Shown here in pieces: positions 27,961-36,400 of a stretch of 64,000 nt of DNA (positions within the stretch are counted from its first letter, which is position 1; every line of letters starts with the position of its first letter). The notes beneath the pieces are model-generated. The model had not been told where the DNA came from, ran no database searches, and worked only from the letters and a program-made list of their open reading frames with translations. A program made the translations under genes and the position numbers. Source of the DNA: Deltaproteobacteria bacterium (GTDB taxonomy: Bacteria > Myxococcota_C > UBA6777). The DNA lies in assembly GCA_006226375.1 (NCBI GenBank), contig SBHC01000010.1, positions 112,492-176,491 on the forward strand, read 5' to 3'.

Positions 27961-29358
27961 ATGAGCACAACGATGACAGGAAAGTGCAACGGGAACAGGC
28001 GCAAAAGCCTCTGGCCGATCGCGATGATGGGGATAGGGCTCTGGCTGCTTCCATGGGACGCCGAAGCGGCGACCAAAGCCAAGTCGTTCAACGCCTTGAA
28101 TACGTTTTGGGTGTTGTTTGCGGCGTTTATGGTGTTCTTTATGCAGGCAGGCTTTGGCATGGTCGAAGCCGGCTTGATTCGGGCCAAGAACGCGGCCAAC
28201 ATCCTCATGAAGAACATGCTCGACTTCTGCATGGCGTCGCTAGGCTTCTTTGCGTTTGGCTATGCATTGATGTTTGGTGGAGACGGGTTGTTGTTTGGAA
28301 CCAGCGGATGGTTCTTGATCGGCGCAAAGTCTCCAGTCGATGGTGTTCCCCTTCATGCCTTTTGGCTGTTCCAGGCTGCGTTCTGTGGTGCAGCAGCAAC
28401 GATCGTAGCGGGTGGCATGGCAGAGCGGATGAAGTTTTCCGCTTATCTACTTTATTCCTTCGCGATCTCTTCCGTGGTCTACCCCATTGTTGGGCACTGG
28501 GTGTGGGGTGGAGGCTGGTTGAGCAAGCTCAGCTTCTACGACTTCGCCGGCTCGGGCGTAGTTCACGCTGTCGGTGGTGTGACTGCTCTTGCAGGAACCT
28601 TAATCCTTGGGCCACGGATCGGAAAATACAACCCAGACGGCTCACCCAACTTCATCGCTGGACACAACATTCCTTTGGTCGCTTTGGGAACCTTCATCCT
28701 TTGGCTGGGCTGGTTTGGATTCAATCCCGGCTCAACCCTTGGCTTTGACAGCCCACAACAGGTGGCCTTGATCGCGATCAACACCAACATGGCAGCCGCC
28801 GCAGGAGCGGTTGGAATGATGTTCGCTGCTTGGTGGCGCTTCGGGAAACCCGATCTGGCCTTGACTCTCAACGGCGCGCTTGCCGGTCTTGTTGCGATCA
28901 CTGCAGGGTGCTCCGTCGTGACTCCAGGCAACGCGATCTACATTGGCCTGATCGCAGGCATTCTCTGTATGTACGGCGTTATTTGGTTGGACAAATACCA
29001 GATCGATGATCCCGTGGGAGCCTTCCCCGTTCATGGTCTCAACGGCATCTGGGGTGTGCTCGCTGTCGGACTCTTCGGACAGACAGGAGCCAGCAAGCTC
29101 GGCTCTGGCTTTGGCTTTGACGCCAACCTCGCCCAGAACGGCTTGTTTTACGGTGGCGGTTGGAAGATGTTGGGCATTCAGTTGCTTGGTATCAGCGTGA
29201 TGATCGCCTTTGTGGTTGTTGCGATGGGCATCGTGTTCTACACCATCGATGCGCTGGTTGGCCTGCGTGTTTCTGAAAAAGAAGAACTCGGCGGTCTCGA
29301 TCTCAACGAGCACGGGATGGAGTCGTACAGCGGCTTCCAGATCTTCATCACCGAGTAA
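27961..29358 (+). CDS. amt: ammonium transporter (Amt/MEP family)
   Basis: Signal peptide, 11 TM helices, and the Amt signatures DFAGSGVVHAVGG and twin-His HG...NG. Confidence 0.9.
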   Translation: MSTTMTGKCNGNRRKSLWPIAMMGIGLWLLPWDAEAATKAKSFNALNTFWVLFAAFMVFFMQAGFGMVEAGLIRAKNAANILMKNMLDFCMASLGFFAFGYALMFGGDGLLFGTSGWFLIGAKSPVDGVPLHAFWLFQAAFCGAAATIVAGGMAERMKFSAYLLYSFAISSVVYPIVGHWVWGGGWLSKLSFYDFAGSGVVHAVGGVTALAGTLILGPRIGKYNPDGSPNFIAGHNIPLVALGTFILWLGWFGFNPGSTLGFDSPQQVALIAINTNMAAAAGAVGMMFAAWWRFGKPDLALTLNGALAGLVAITAGCSVVTPGNAIYIGLIAGILCMYGVIWLDKYQIDDPVGAFPVHGLNGIWGVLAVGLFGQTGASKLGSGFGFDANLAQNGLFYGGGWKMLGIQLLGISVMIAFVVVAMGIVFYTIDALVGLRVSEKEELGGLDLNEHGMESYSGFQIFITE

Positions 29359-29449
29359 ACAAGCCCTCCAGGTACGACAGCCTCTGGAGCGATCTGGAGG
29401 CATGGATGTAACGATCGGAACGACGCAGCAAGACAACCCGTAGACGCGG

Positions 29450-29466
29450 TTGAAGTTGCACACAAC
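29450..29466 (+). promoter_or_regulatory. second copy of the TTGAAGTTG-AC motif, upstream of glnK
   Basis: ttgaagttgcacacaac, 18 nt before the glnK ATG, shares TTGAAGTTGnAC with the amt upstream site. Confidence 0.3.
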
Positions 29467-29483
29467 GATAGGAACCCTTCACG

Positions 29484-29825
29484 ATGAAACTCATAGTCGC
29501 GATCATCCGGCCGCATCAACTGCCGGCCGTCAAGAAGGCGCTGTACGAAGCCCAGGTCTACGCCATGACCGTAACCAACGCGATGGGGAGCGGTGTGGGC
29601 GAACGATACGAAGAGACCTTCCGGGGTGTCCGCCACGAAGTGACACTCATAAAGAAACTCCGTCTGGAAATCGCCGTCAACGAAGACTTCGTCGATGTCA
29701 CGCTCGACGCCCTCATTCGAGGAGCCAAAACCGGAGAACCCGGTGACGGCAAGATCTTTGTCTTGGAGCTGCCAGAGTGCATACGGATACGCACGGAAGA
29801 ACGTGGCCCACGAGCGATCAGCTAG
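29484..29825 (+). CDS. glnK: P-II nitrogen regulatory protein, GlnK-type by genomic context
   Basis: MKLIVAIIRP..., the B-loop TGEPGDGKIFV and the C-terminal IRIRTEE. The T-loop is divergent: FRGVRHEV replaces RGAEYMV. Confidence 0.85.
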   Translation: MKLIVAIIRPHQLPAVKKALYEAQVYAMTVTNAMGSGVGERYEETFRGVRHEVTLIKKLRLEIAVNEDFVDVTLDALIRGAKTGEPGDGKIFVLELPECIRIRTEERGPRAIS

Positions 29826-29836
29826 AAGGATAGCCG

Positions 29837-31270
29837 ATGAAACGCAAAAATCAGGTGACGGTGCGTGATGTCCAACGCGCCATCAAAGACAACAACATCC
29901 AATTTGTGGATCTGAAGTTCGTCGACTTGCTCGGACGCTTGCTCCATATCACTCTGGCGGTCGAAGCCTTCGATGAAGACATCTTCATTAAAGGAATGGG
30001 CTTTGACGGGTCGTCGGTCCGTGGCTTTGCTGCGATCGAACGCAGCGATATGTTGATCAAGCCCGACCCCAACACGATGTTCATCGACCCGTTTATGGAC
30101 GAACCCACCCTCGCCTTCTTCTGCAACATTGTCTACCCAGGCAAGCGAGAGGTGTACTCCAGAGATACGCGAGCCGTCGCCCAACGCGCAGAACGTTTTC
30201 TGCTGTCTTCGGGCATTGCCGATGTCGCGTACTACGGACCTGAGTTGGAGTTCTTCCTCTTTGACTCCGTACGGTTCGACCAAAACACCCACGAAGCCTA
30301 CTACCACGTAGAGAATGCGGCTTCGTTTTGGGAAACTGGCTCCACCCAAAACAACCTGGGATACAAGCCGCTACGAAAGCAAGCGTACTTCGCCAGTTCG
30401 CCCGTTGATGTCTACCACAACCTTCGCTCCAAGATGGTGAAGGTGTTGCATCAGGTCGGCGTACACGCAGAACTTCACCACGCCGAGGTGGCGTCGGGTG
30501 GACAAAACGAGATCGGCATCCGGTTTGGTACGCTGGTGGAGATGGCAGACAGCGCGCTCAAATACAAGTACGTGATCAAGAACATCGCCCATCGCTACAA
30601 CAAGACCGCGACCTTCATGCCCAAGCCTCTGTTTGAGGAGAACGGCACAGGGATGCACGTGAACATGAGCCTCTGGAAAAACGGCTCCAACTTGTTCTAC
30701 GAAGCCGGTCAGTACGCCGACTTGAGTCAAGAAGCTCGTTACTACATCGGCGGTCTGTTGAAGCATGCGCCAGCGCTCTGTGCGCTCTGCAACCCCACCA
30801 CCAACTCGTACCGACGCCTAGTTCCCGGCTACGAGGCTCCGATCAACCTGGTGTATTCTCAGAGTAACCGAAGCGCTTGCATCCGGATCCCGATGGGAGC
30901 AGACAGCCCCAAAGCCAAGCGCGTGGAGTACCGCCCTCCAGATCCTTCGGCCAACCCCAACCTCGCCTTCTCCGCTCTGTTGATGGCAGGTATCGACGGG
31001 ATCATCAACAAGATCGAGCCACCTGCTCCGATCGACGAAGACATCTACGAGATGGGCGATCGCCTCAAAGAACTTCAGATCGGACACACGCCCGGCTCAC
31101 TGGAAGAAGCTCTCGAAGCGCTCAAGAAGGATCACGACTTCTTGTTGCGTGGCGGTGTGTTCTCCGAAGACCTGATCGAAGAGTGGATTAAGTTCAAAGA
31201 AGTCAAGGAAGTGGATTACATCCGACTCCGTCCTCACCCCAGCGAGTTTGCGCTGTACTACGATATCTAA
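29837..31270 (+). CDS. glnA: glutamine synthetase type I
   Basis: GSI N-terminal beta-grasp, FDGSS, the catalytic region with conserved Glu/His/Arg patterns, and NLAFSALLMAGIDG. Starts 11 nt after glnK with an AAGGA RBS. Confidence 0.9.
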   Translation: MKRKNQVTVRDVQRAIKDNNIQFVDLKFVDLLGRLLHITLAVEAFDEDIFIKGMGFDGSSVRGFAAIERSDMLIKPDPNTMFIDPFMDEPTLAFFCNIVYPGKREVYSRDTRAVAQRAERFLLSSGIADVAYYGPELEFFLFDSVRFDQNTHEAYYHVENAASFWETGSTQNNLGYKPLRKQAYFASSPVDVYHNLRSKMVKVLHQVGVHAELHHAEVASGGQNEIGIRFGTLVEMADSALKYKYVIKNIAHRYNKTATFMPKPLFEENGTGMHVNMSLWKNGSNLFYEAGQYADLSQEARYYIGGLLKHAPALCALCNPTTNSYRRLVPGYEAPINLVYSQSNRSACIRIPMGADSPKAKRVEYRPPDPSANPNLAFSALLMAGIDGIINKIEPPAPIDEDIYEMGDRLKELQIGHTPGSLEEALEALKKDHDFLLRGGVFSEDLIEEWIKFKEVKEVDYIRLRPHPSEFALYYDI

Positions 31271-31337
31271 AAGCCCAAAATCGTCGATACAAACACGAGA
31301 AGAGGAAACCATCCTCTCATCCAAAGGAGAAAGTGCC

Positions 31338-32663
31338 ATGACTCTGGCGTGGCTGGCAGCTCAACTGCCGCAAGATCAACTGATTGGACTTGGAATTGCT
31401 GGCGGTATCCTGCTCATTATGTTCCTGATCATTTTCATCAAGGTGAATCTGGTCATTTGTGAACCCAATGAGGTGGTCATCATCTCGGGCCGACAGCGAA
31501 AACAAAAAGATGGCTCTGTCCGAGGGTACCGCATCCTGCGCGGGGGACGCGGACTGAAACTCCCGATCGTCGAGACTGTCAAGCGCATCTCGCTCAGCGG
31601 TATCCCCCTGGAAGTCCAGGTCTCGAAGGTGCTGTCCAACGGTTTGATCCCCATGAACGTTGAAGTTCGGGCCCAGGTCAAAGTAGCCGGTAGCCAGGAA
31701 AGTGGACTCGACAATGCCATCGAACGTTTTCTTGGCAAGCCACTGCAAGACATCGCCAAAGCCGCCCAGCAAACCCTGGAAGGAAACCTCCGCGGTGTAA
31801 TGGCTGGCGTCTCCCCCGAAGAAGCCAACGTCCAGCGGCTGGAACTTGGCAAGAAAGTAGTGGAGCAATCCAGCGATCAGCTCCACAACCTCGGGATTGT
31901 CCTCGACTTTTTCCAGATCCAAGACATCTCAGACAAGCAAGGCTACCTGGAAGCGATTGGGCGAAAGAAGAACGCCCAAGTGCAGAAAGAAGCCCGCATT
32001 GCTGAAGCCACAGCAGCCGCAGAAGCACGCAGCGTGGAAGCAGAGCAGCAACGGATTGGAACCGTAGCAGAAGCAACGTCCAAGTTGGAGATCGCCGACG
32101 CCGAGAACAAACTGGCGACTCACCGTGCGGAGCTTGCGGTCCAGACCAACCAAGCTGAAGAGCGCGCCGCAGTGGCAGGACGTCTTGCTCGCATCGAGGA
32201 AGAACACAAGATCGAGGAAGCTCGTGTCCTTCGCAACACCAAGCGCCACGAAGCCAACATCGTCACCGAAGCCAAAGCCCAGCGTGAAGCCAGCGAGTTG
32301 AAAGCCGCAGGGGAAGCTGCCAAGATCATCGAAGATGGAAAAGCCACCGCTGAAGCCATCCGCCTGATGCGTGAGCAGTGGGACGATGGAAAAACCCGCG
32401 AGTTGTTCCTCATCCAACTTCTCCCCGAACTCTTGGATCAAGTCACCCGTGTTGTCGCTGACAATCTTCACATCGAAAAGCTCACAGTTCTCGACTCTGG
32501 TGACGGCAATGGTCTCCCCTCGTACGTGAAAAACCTGACAGGTTCCACGGTTGCCATGATCGAACAGATGAAGAACGCCACAGGCCTTGACCTCCCCGAT
32601 CTTCTGCAACAAGCTGCAACCGCAAAAGAAACCAAGTCCGTCATCCCCAAAGAACTGGACTAA
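31338..32663 (+). CDS. flotillin-like SPFH/band-7 domain membrane protein
   Basis: N-terminal TM helix, an SPFH domain, and then a long Ala/Glu-rich coiled coil of the flotillin type. ATG at 31338 with an AAAGGAGA RBS. Confidence 0.75.
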   Translation: MTLAWLAAQLPQDQLIGLGIAGGILLIMFLIIFIKVNLVICEPNEVVIISGRQRKQKDGSVRGYRILRGGRGLKLPIVETVKRISLSGIPLEVQVSKVLSNGLIPMNVEVRAQVKVAGSQESGLDNAIERFLGKPLQDIAKAAQQTLEGNLRGVMAGVSPEEANVQRLELGKKVVEQSSDQLHNLGIVLDFFQIQDISDKQGYLEAIGRKKNAQVQKEARIAEATAAAEARSVEAEQQRIGTVAEATSKLEIADAENKLATHRAELAVQTNQAEERAAVAGRLARIEEEHKIEEARVLRNTKRHEANIVTEAKAQREASELKAAGEAAKIIEDGKATAEAIRLMREQWDDGKTRELFLIQLLPELLDQVTRVVADNLHIEKLTVLDSGDGNGLPSYVKNLTGSTVAMIEQMKNATGLDLPDLLQQAATAKETKSVIPKELD

Positions 32664-32685
32664 TTTTTCTCCACTCCTTAGATTG

Positions 32686-32714
32686 TCCCCCTAAAGAATG
32701 GGGGATGTTCTTTT
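32686..32714 (+). terminator. candidate rho-independent terminator after the flotillin gene
   Basis: TCCCCC-taaagaat-GGGGGA hairpin followed by tgttctttt. Confidence 0.45.
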
Positions 32715-32736
32715 GGTTGGTGGAGGATTCTTGGGA

Positions 32737-33231
32737 ATGACACAAAACAAACTTCTCGACAAAACAGACCGCAAGCTTCTGACCCTGTTGCAAGAGCAAG
32801 GTCGGATCAAACGCGGCGAATTGGCCGAAGCGGTCAAGATGTCGATTCCGTCGGTGAGTGGACGGATCGAACGACTGCAAAACGCCGGAGTGATCCGGGG
32901 CTATCACACCGTACTCAACCCCAACAAAATTGGCCTGACGGTCATTGCATTTGTCACCATTCAGATCGACTCTTCCACCCATTATCCGGAAGTGCTGGAC
33001 AAGGCTGATGCTGAAGGCCGCGTGCTGGAGTGTCATGCGATCACGGGGGCAGGTTCTCATATCCTTAAGGTTTGTGCCGAAAGCACGGCCGACTTGGAAC
33101 AGCTCCTCAACCAGATCCAATCCTGGCCGGGGGTGACGCAAACTCGCACCCATGTCGTTCTCTCCAGCCCCAAAGAGACCACAACCCTCCCCCTGCAACA
33201 CCTCGAACCCACAAACGAAGATCCAGCATAA
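32737..33231 (+). CDS. Lrp/AsnC family transcriptional regulator
   Basis: HTH DRKLLTLLQEQGRIKRGELAEAVKMSIPSVSGRIERLQNAGVI followed by a RAM domain ...HAITGAGSHILKV... GGAGGA RBS. Confidence 0.8.
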   Translation: MTQNKLLDKTDRKLLTLLQEQGRIKRGELAEAVKMSIPSVSGRIERLQNAGVIRGYHTVLNPNKIGLTVIAFVTIQIDSSTHYPEVLDKADAEGRVLECHAITGAGSHILKVCAESTADLEQLLNQIQSWPGVTQTRTHVVLSSPKETTTLPLQHLEPTNEDPA

Positions 33232-33497
33232 ACTCGAACGCTCCTTTCCAGACCCCCTCTCCCACAGACCCAAGACAGAACCTTCCTCTTTCCAGCAAAA
33301 ACCCATCGTGCAAACTCGCACCTTTTTCTCTCAACCAGTGTTTCAGCATACAAGATAGAAAGAGCAGAAAAGAGACGGTAGCGACCCGTGTTCTTTCAGA
33401 TAAAAGATTGCTCTTTTTGCAAAAAACCTGTTACGTTTCGGGCGATACGTACGAATGTAAAGTCGTGGAGCGACAGGATGAAGAAGGAGTCTTATGC

Positions 33498-36400
33498 ATG
33501 AGATACTATCGCGTGTGGGGAATTGGATTGCTCTTGCTGTTATGGGTTGGAGCAACCTCAGTTGGATGTGGCGGCGATGTTGTTTGTGGTCCAAGCGTAG
33601 GAGGGGGTCTCTCAGACGCTGAGAAAGCCACCTGCATTTGCCCGACAGTGGAAAACCCAAACAACTGTGATGGAACCTGTGTCAACATTATCTCCGACAA
33701 CAACAACTGCGGAAAGTGCGGCACCAAATGTCCAGAGTTCGCGGAGTGCAAGAAAGGCGTCTGTGAGCTTCAGTGTCCCACAGGACAACAGGCCTGCAGC
33801 GAGAAATGCGTCGACACCCAAACCGACGCCGCCCACTGTGGTGAATGCGGGAAAACTTGCCAAACCGGTGAGATCTGCAAAGGCGGAGCCTGTGAGTTGT
33901 CCTGCCAAACGGGACTGAGCAACTGCTCCAACAAGTGCGTCGACACCCAAACCGACAACGCCAACTGCGGCGACTGTGGAACCTCCTGCAAAACCGGTGA
34001 AGCTTGCGTCTCCGGCAAGTGTGAGTTGCAATGTCCCACCGGCCAGAAAGCCTGCGGTGATGCTTGCGTCAACACCGACGCCGATCGAGCCAACTGCGGC
34101 GACTGTGGAACAGCCTGCGGTGTGGGCGAGGTCTGCGCCAAAGGAAAGTGTGAGATCTCTTGTCCCAAGGAGCTCACCAACTGCAACGGCGGCTGCGTCA
34201 ACCTTCAAACCGACCGAAGCCACTGCAGCGCTTGCGACACCGCCTGCAAAGACGGGGAAGTCTGTAACGCTGGCAAGTGTGAGTTGTCCTGCCAATCGGG
34301 GCTGACCAACTGCTCGGACAAGTGCGTCGACACCCAAACCGACATCGCCAACTGCGGCACCTGTGGAACAGCCTGCAAGTCTGGTGAAGTCTGCTCCCAA
34401 GGCAAGTGCTCACTCTCTTGTCAGACCGGCCTCACCGATTGCTCCGGCAACTGTGTGAATGTTCAAACCGATAACGCCAACTGTGGAACTTGCGGAACAG
34501 CTTGCAAGTCTGGCGAAGTCTGCTCCCAAGGCAAGTGCTCACTCTCCTGTCAGACCGGTCTCACCGACTGCTCTGGAAAGTGCGTTGACACCCAAACCGA
34601 TCGCGGTCACTGCGGCGCTTGCGGCACCGTTTGCAAGGCTGGCGAAGTCTGCTCTGCTGGCAAATGCCAGCTCTCCTGCCAGTCGGGACTTACCGATTGT
34701 TCTGGAAGCTGCGTCGACACCCAATCCAGTCGCACCAACTGCGGCGCTTGTGGTACCGTCTGCAAAGCCGGCGAAGTCTGCTCCTCTGGCACATGCCAAT
34801 TGTCTTGCCAGTCCGGCCTCACCGACTGCTCTGGAAGCTGTGTTGATGTTCAAACCGACCGCGCCAACTGTGGCACCTGTGGCACAGCCTGCAAAGCCGG
34901 CGAAGTCTGCTCCAACGGGAAGTGCGCTCTCTCCTGCCAGACCGGCCTCACCGACTGCTCTGGAAAGTGCGTTGACACCCAAACCGACCTCGCCAACTGT
35001 GGCGCTTGCGGCACAGTTTGCAAAGCCGGTGAAGTCTGCTCCTCTGGAAAGTGTCAACTCTCCTGCCAAGCCGGACTCACCGATTGCTCCGGCTCTTGCG
35101 CCAACACCCAATCGGATCGAAGTCATTGTGGAGCTTGCGGCACAGCTTGTGCAGCCGGTGAAGTGTGCTCCCAAGGCAAGTGCGCTCTCTCCTGCCAAAC
35201 AGGACTCTCCAATTGCGCTGGTAGCTGCGTCAACGCTCAAACCGACCGCTCCCACTGTGGCACCTGCGGAACGGTGTGCAAAGCCGGTGAGGTTTGTTCC
35301 TCGGGAGCCTGCGCCCTCTCGTGTCAGGCAGGATTGACCCCCTGCACCAACACCTGCGTGAACACCCAAACCGACCTCGCCCACTGTGGTGCTTGTGGCA
35401 ACGCTTGCAAGAACGGCGAAGTCTGCACCGCTGGTGCCTGTGTTTTGAGTTGCCAAGCGGGCCTCACCAACTGTGGTGGAAAGTGTGTCGATACGTTGAC
35501 CGACCGCGCCAACTGTGGTCAGTGCAACTCTTCTTGTGGCTCCGGTGAAGTCTGCTCGGCTGGAAAGTGCTTGCTTAGTTGTCAAACAGGCTTGACCCAA
35601 TGTGGAAACCTTTGCGTCAACGTCCAAACCGACCGCGCCAACTGTGGTGCTTGCGGAACAGCCTGCAAAGCTGGTGAAGTCTGTGGGCAAGGCAAGTGTG
35701 TGTTGAGCTGTCAAACCGGCCTCACTAGCTGCGTTGGCAAGTGCGTCGATGTCCAGTCGGACCGCGCCAACTGCGGAGCCTGTGGAAACGCTTGTAAGAA
35801 CGGCGAAGTTTGTTCCAACGGAACTTGCACCATTTCTTGCCCTGCCGGACAAACCAACTGTTCGGGTTCCTGTGTAGATGTCCAGTCTGACCGCGCCAAC
35901 TGCGGAAAATGCGGAACGGTCTGTGCTGCGGGCCAAGTCTGCTCCAACGGAACCTGCGTGATCTCCTGTGTGGCAGGACAGACCAACTGTGCAGGCTCTT
36001 GTGTGGATGTCCAATCCGACCGCGCCAACTGTGGCAAGTGTGGTACCGTCTGTCCCTCCGGCCAAGTGTGCTCCAGTGGAAAATGTGTAATCTCTTGTGT
36101 GAACGGCCAAACCAACTGTTCTGGCTCATGTGTCGATGTTCAGTCTGACCGCGCCAACTGCGGTACGTGCGGAACCGTCTGTCCCTCCGGCCAAGTGTGC
36201 TCCAGCGGAAAGTGCGTTCTGAGCTGCCAGTCTGGGCTCACCGACTGTGGCGGACGATGTGTGAACGTCCAATCCGATCTTGCCAACTGCGGCAAGTGTG
36301 GAACCGTCTGTACCTCCGGTCAGGTTTGCTCCGCCGGCAAGTGTGTTCTGAGTTGTCAATCCGGACTCACCAACTGCTCGGGCAAGTGCGCTGACCTCAA

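Noticed and set aside
28732-29463. 243-aa ORF antisense to amt
   Set aside because: The Amt signature is unambiguous on the plus strand.
29359-29483. CTCCAG-N12-CTGGAG hairpin after amt, as a terminator
   Set aside because: Short stem, long loop and no U-tract. amt and glnK may be co-transcribed or glnK may have its own promoter; this cannot be decided from sequence.
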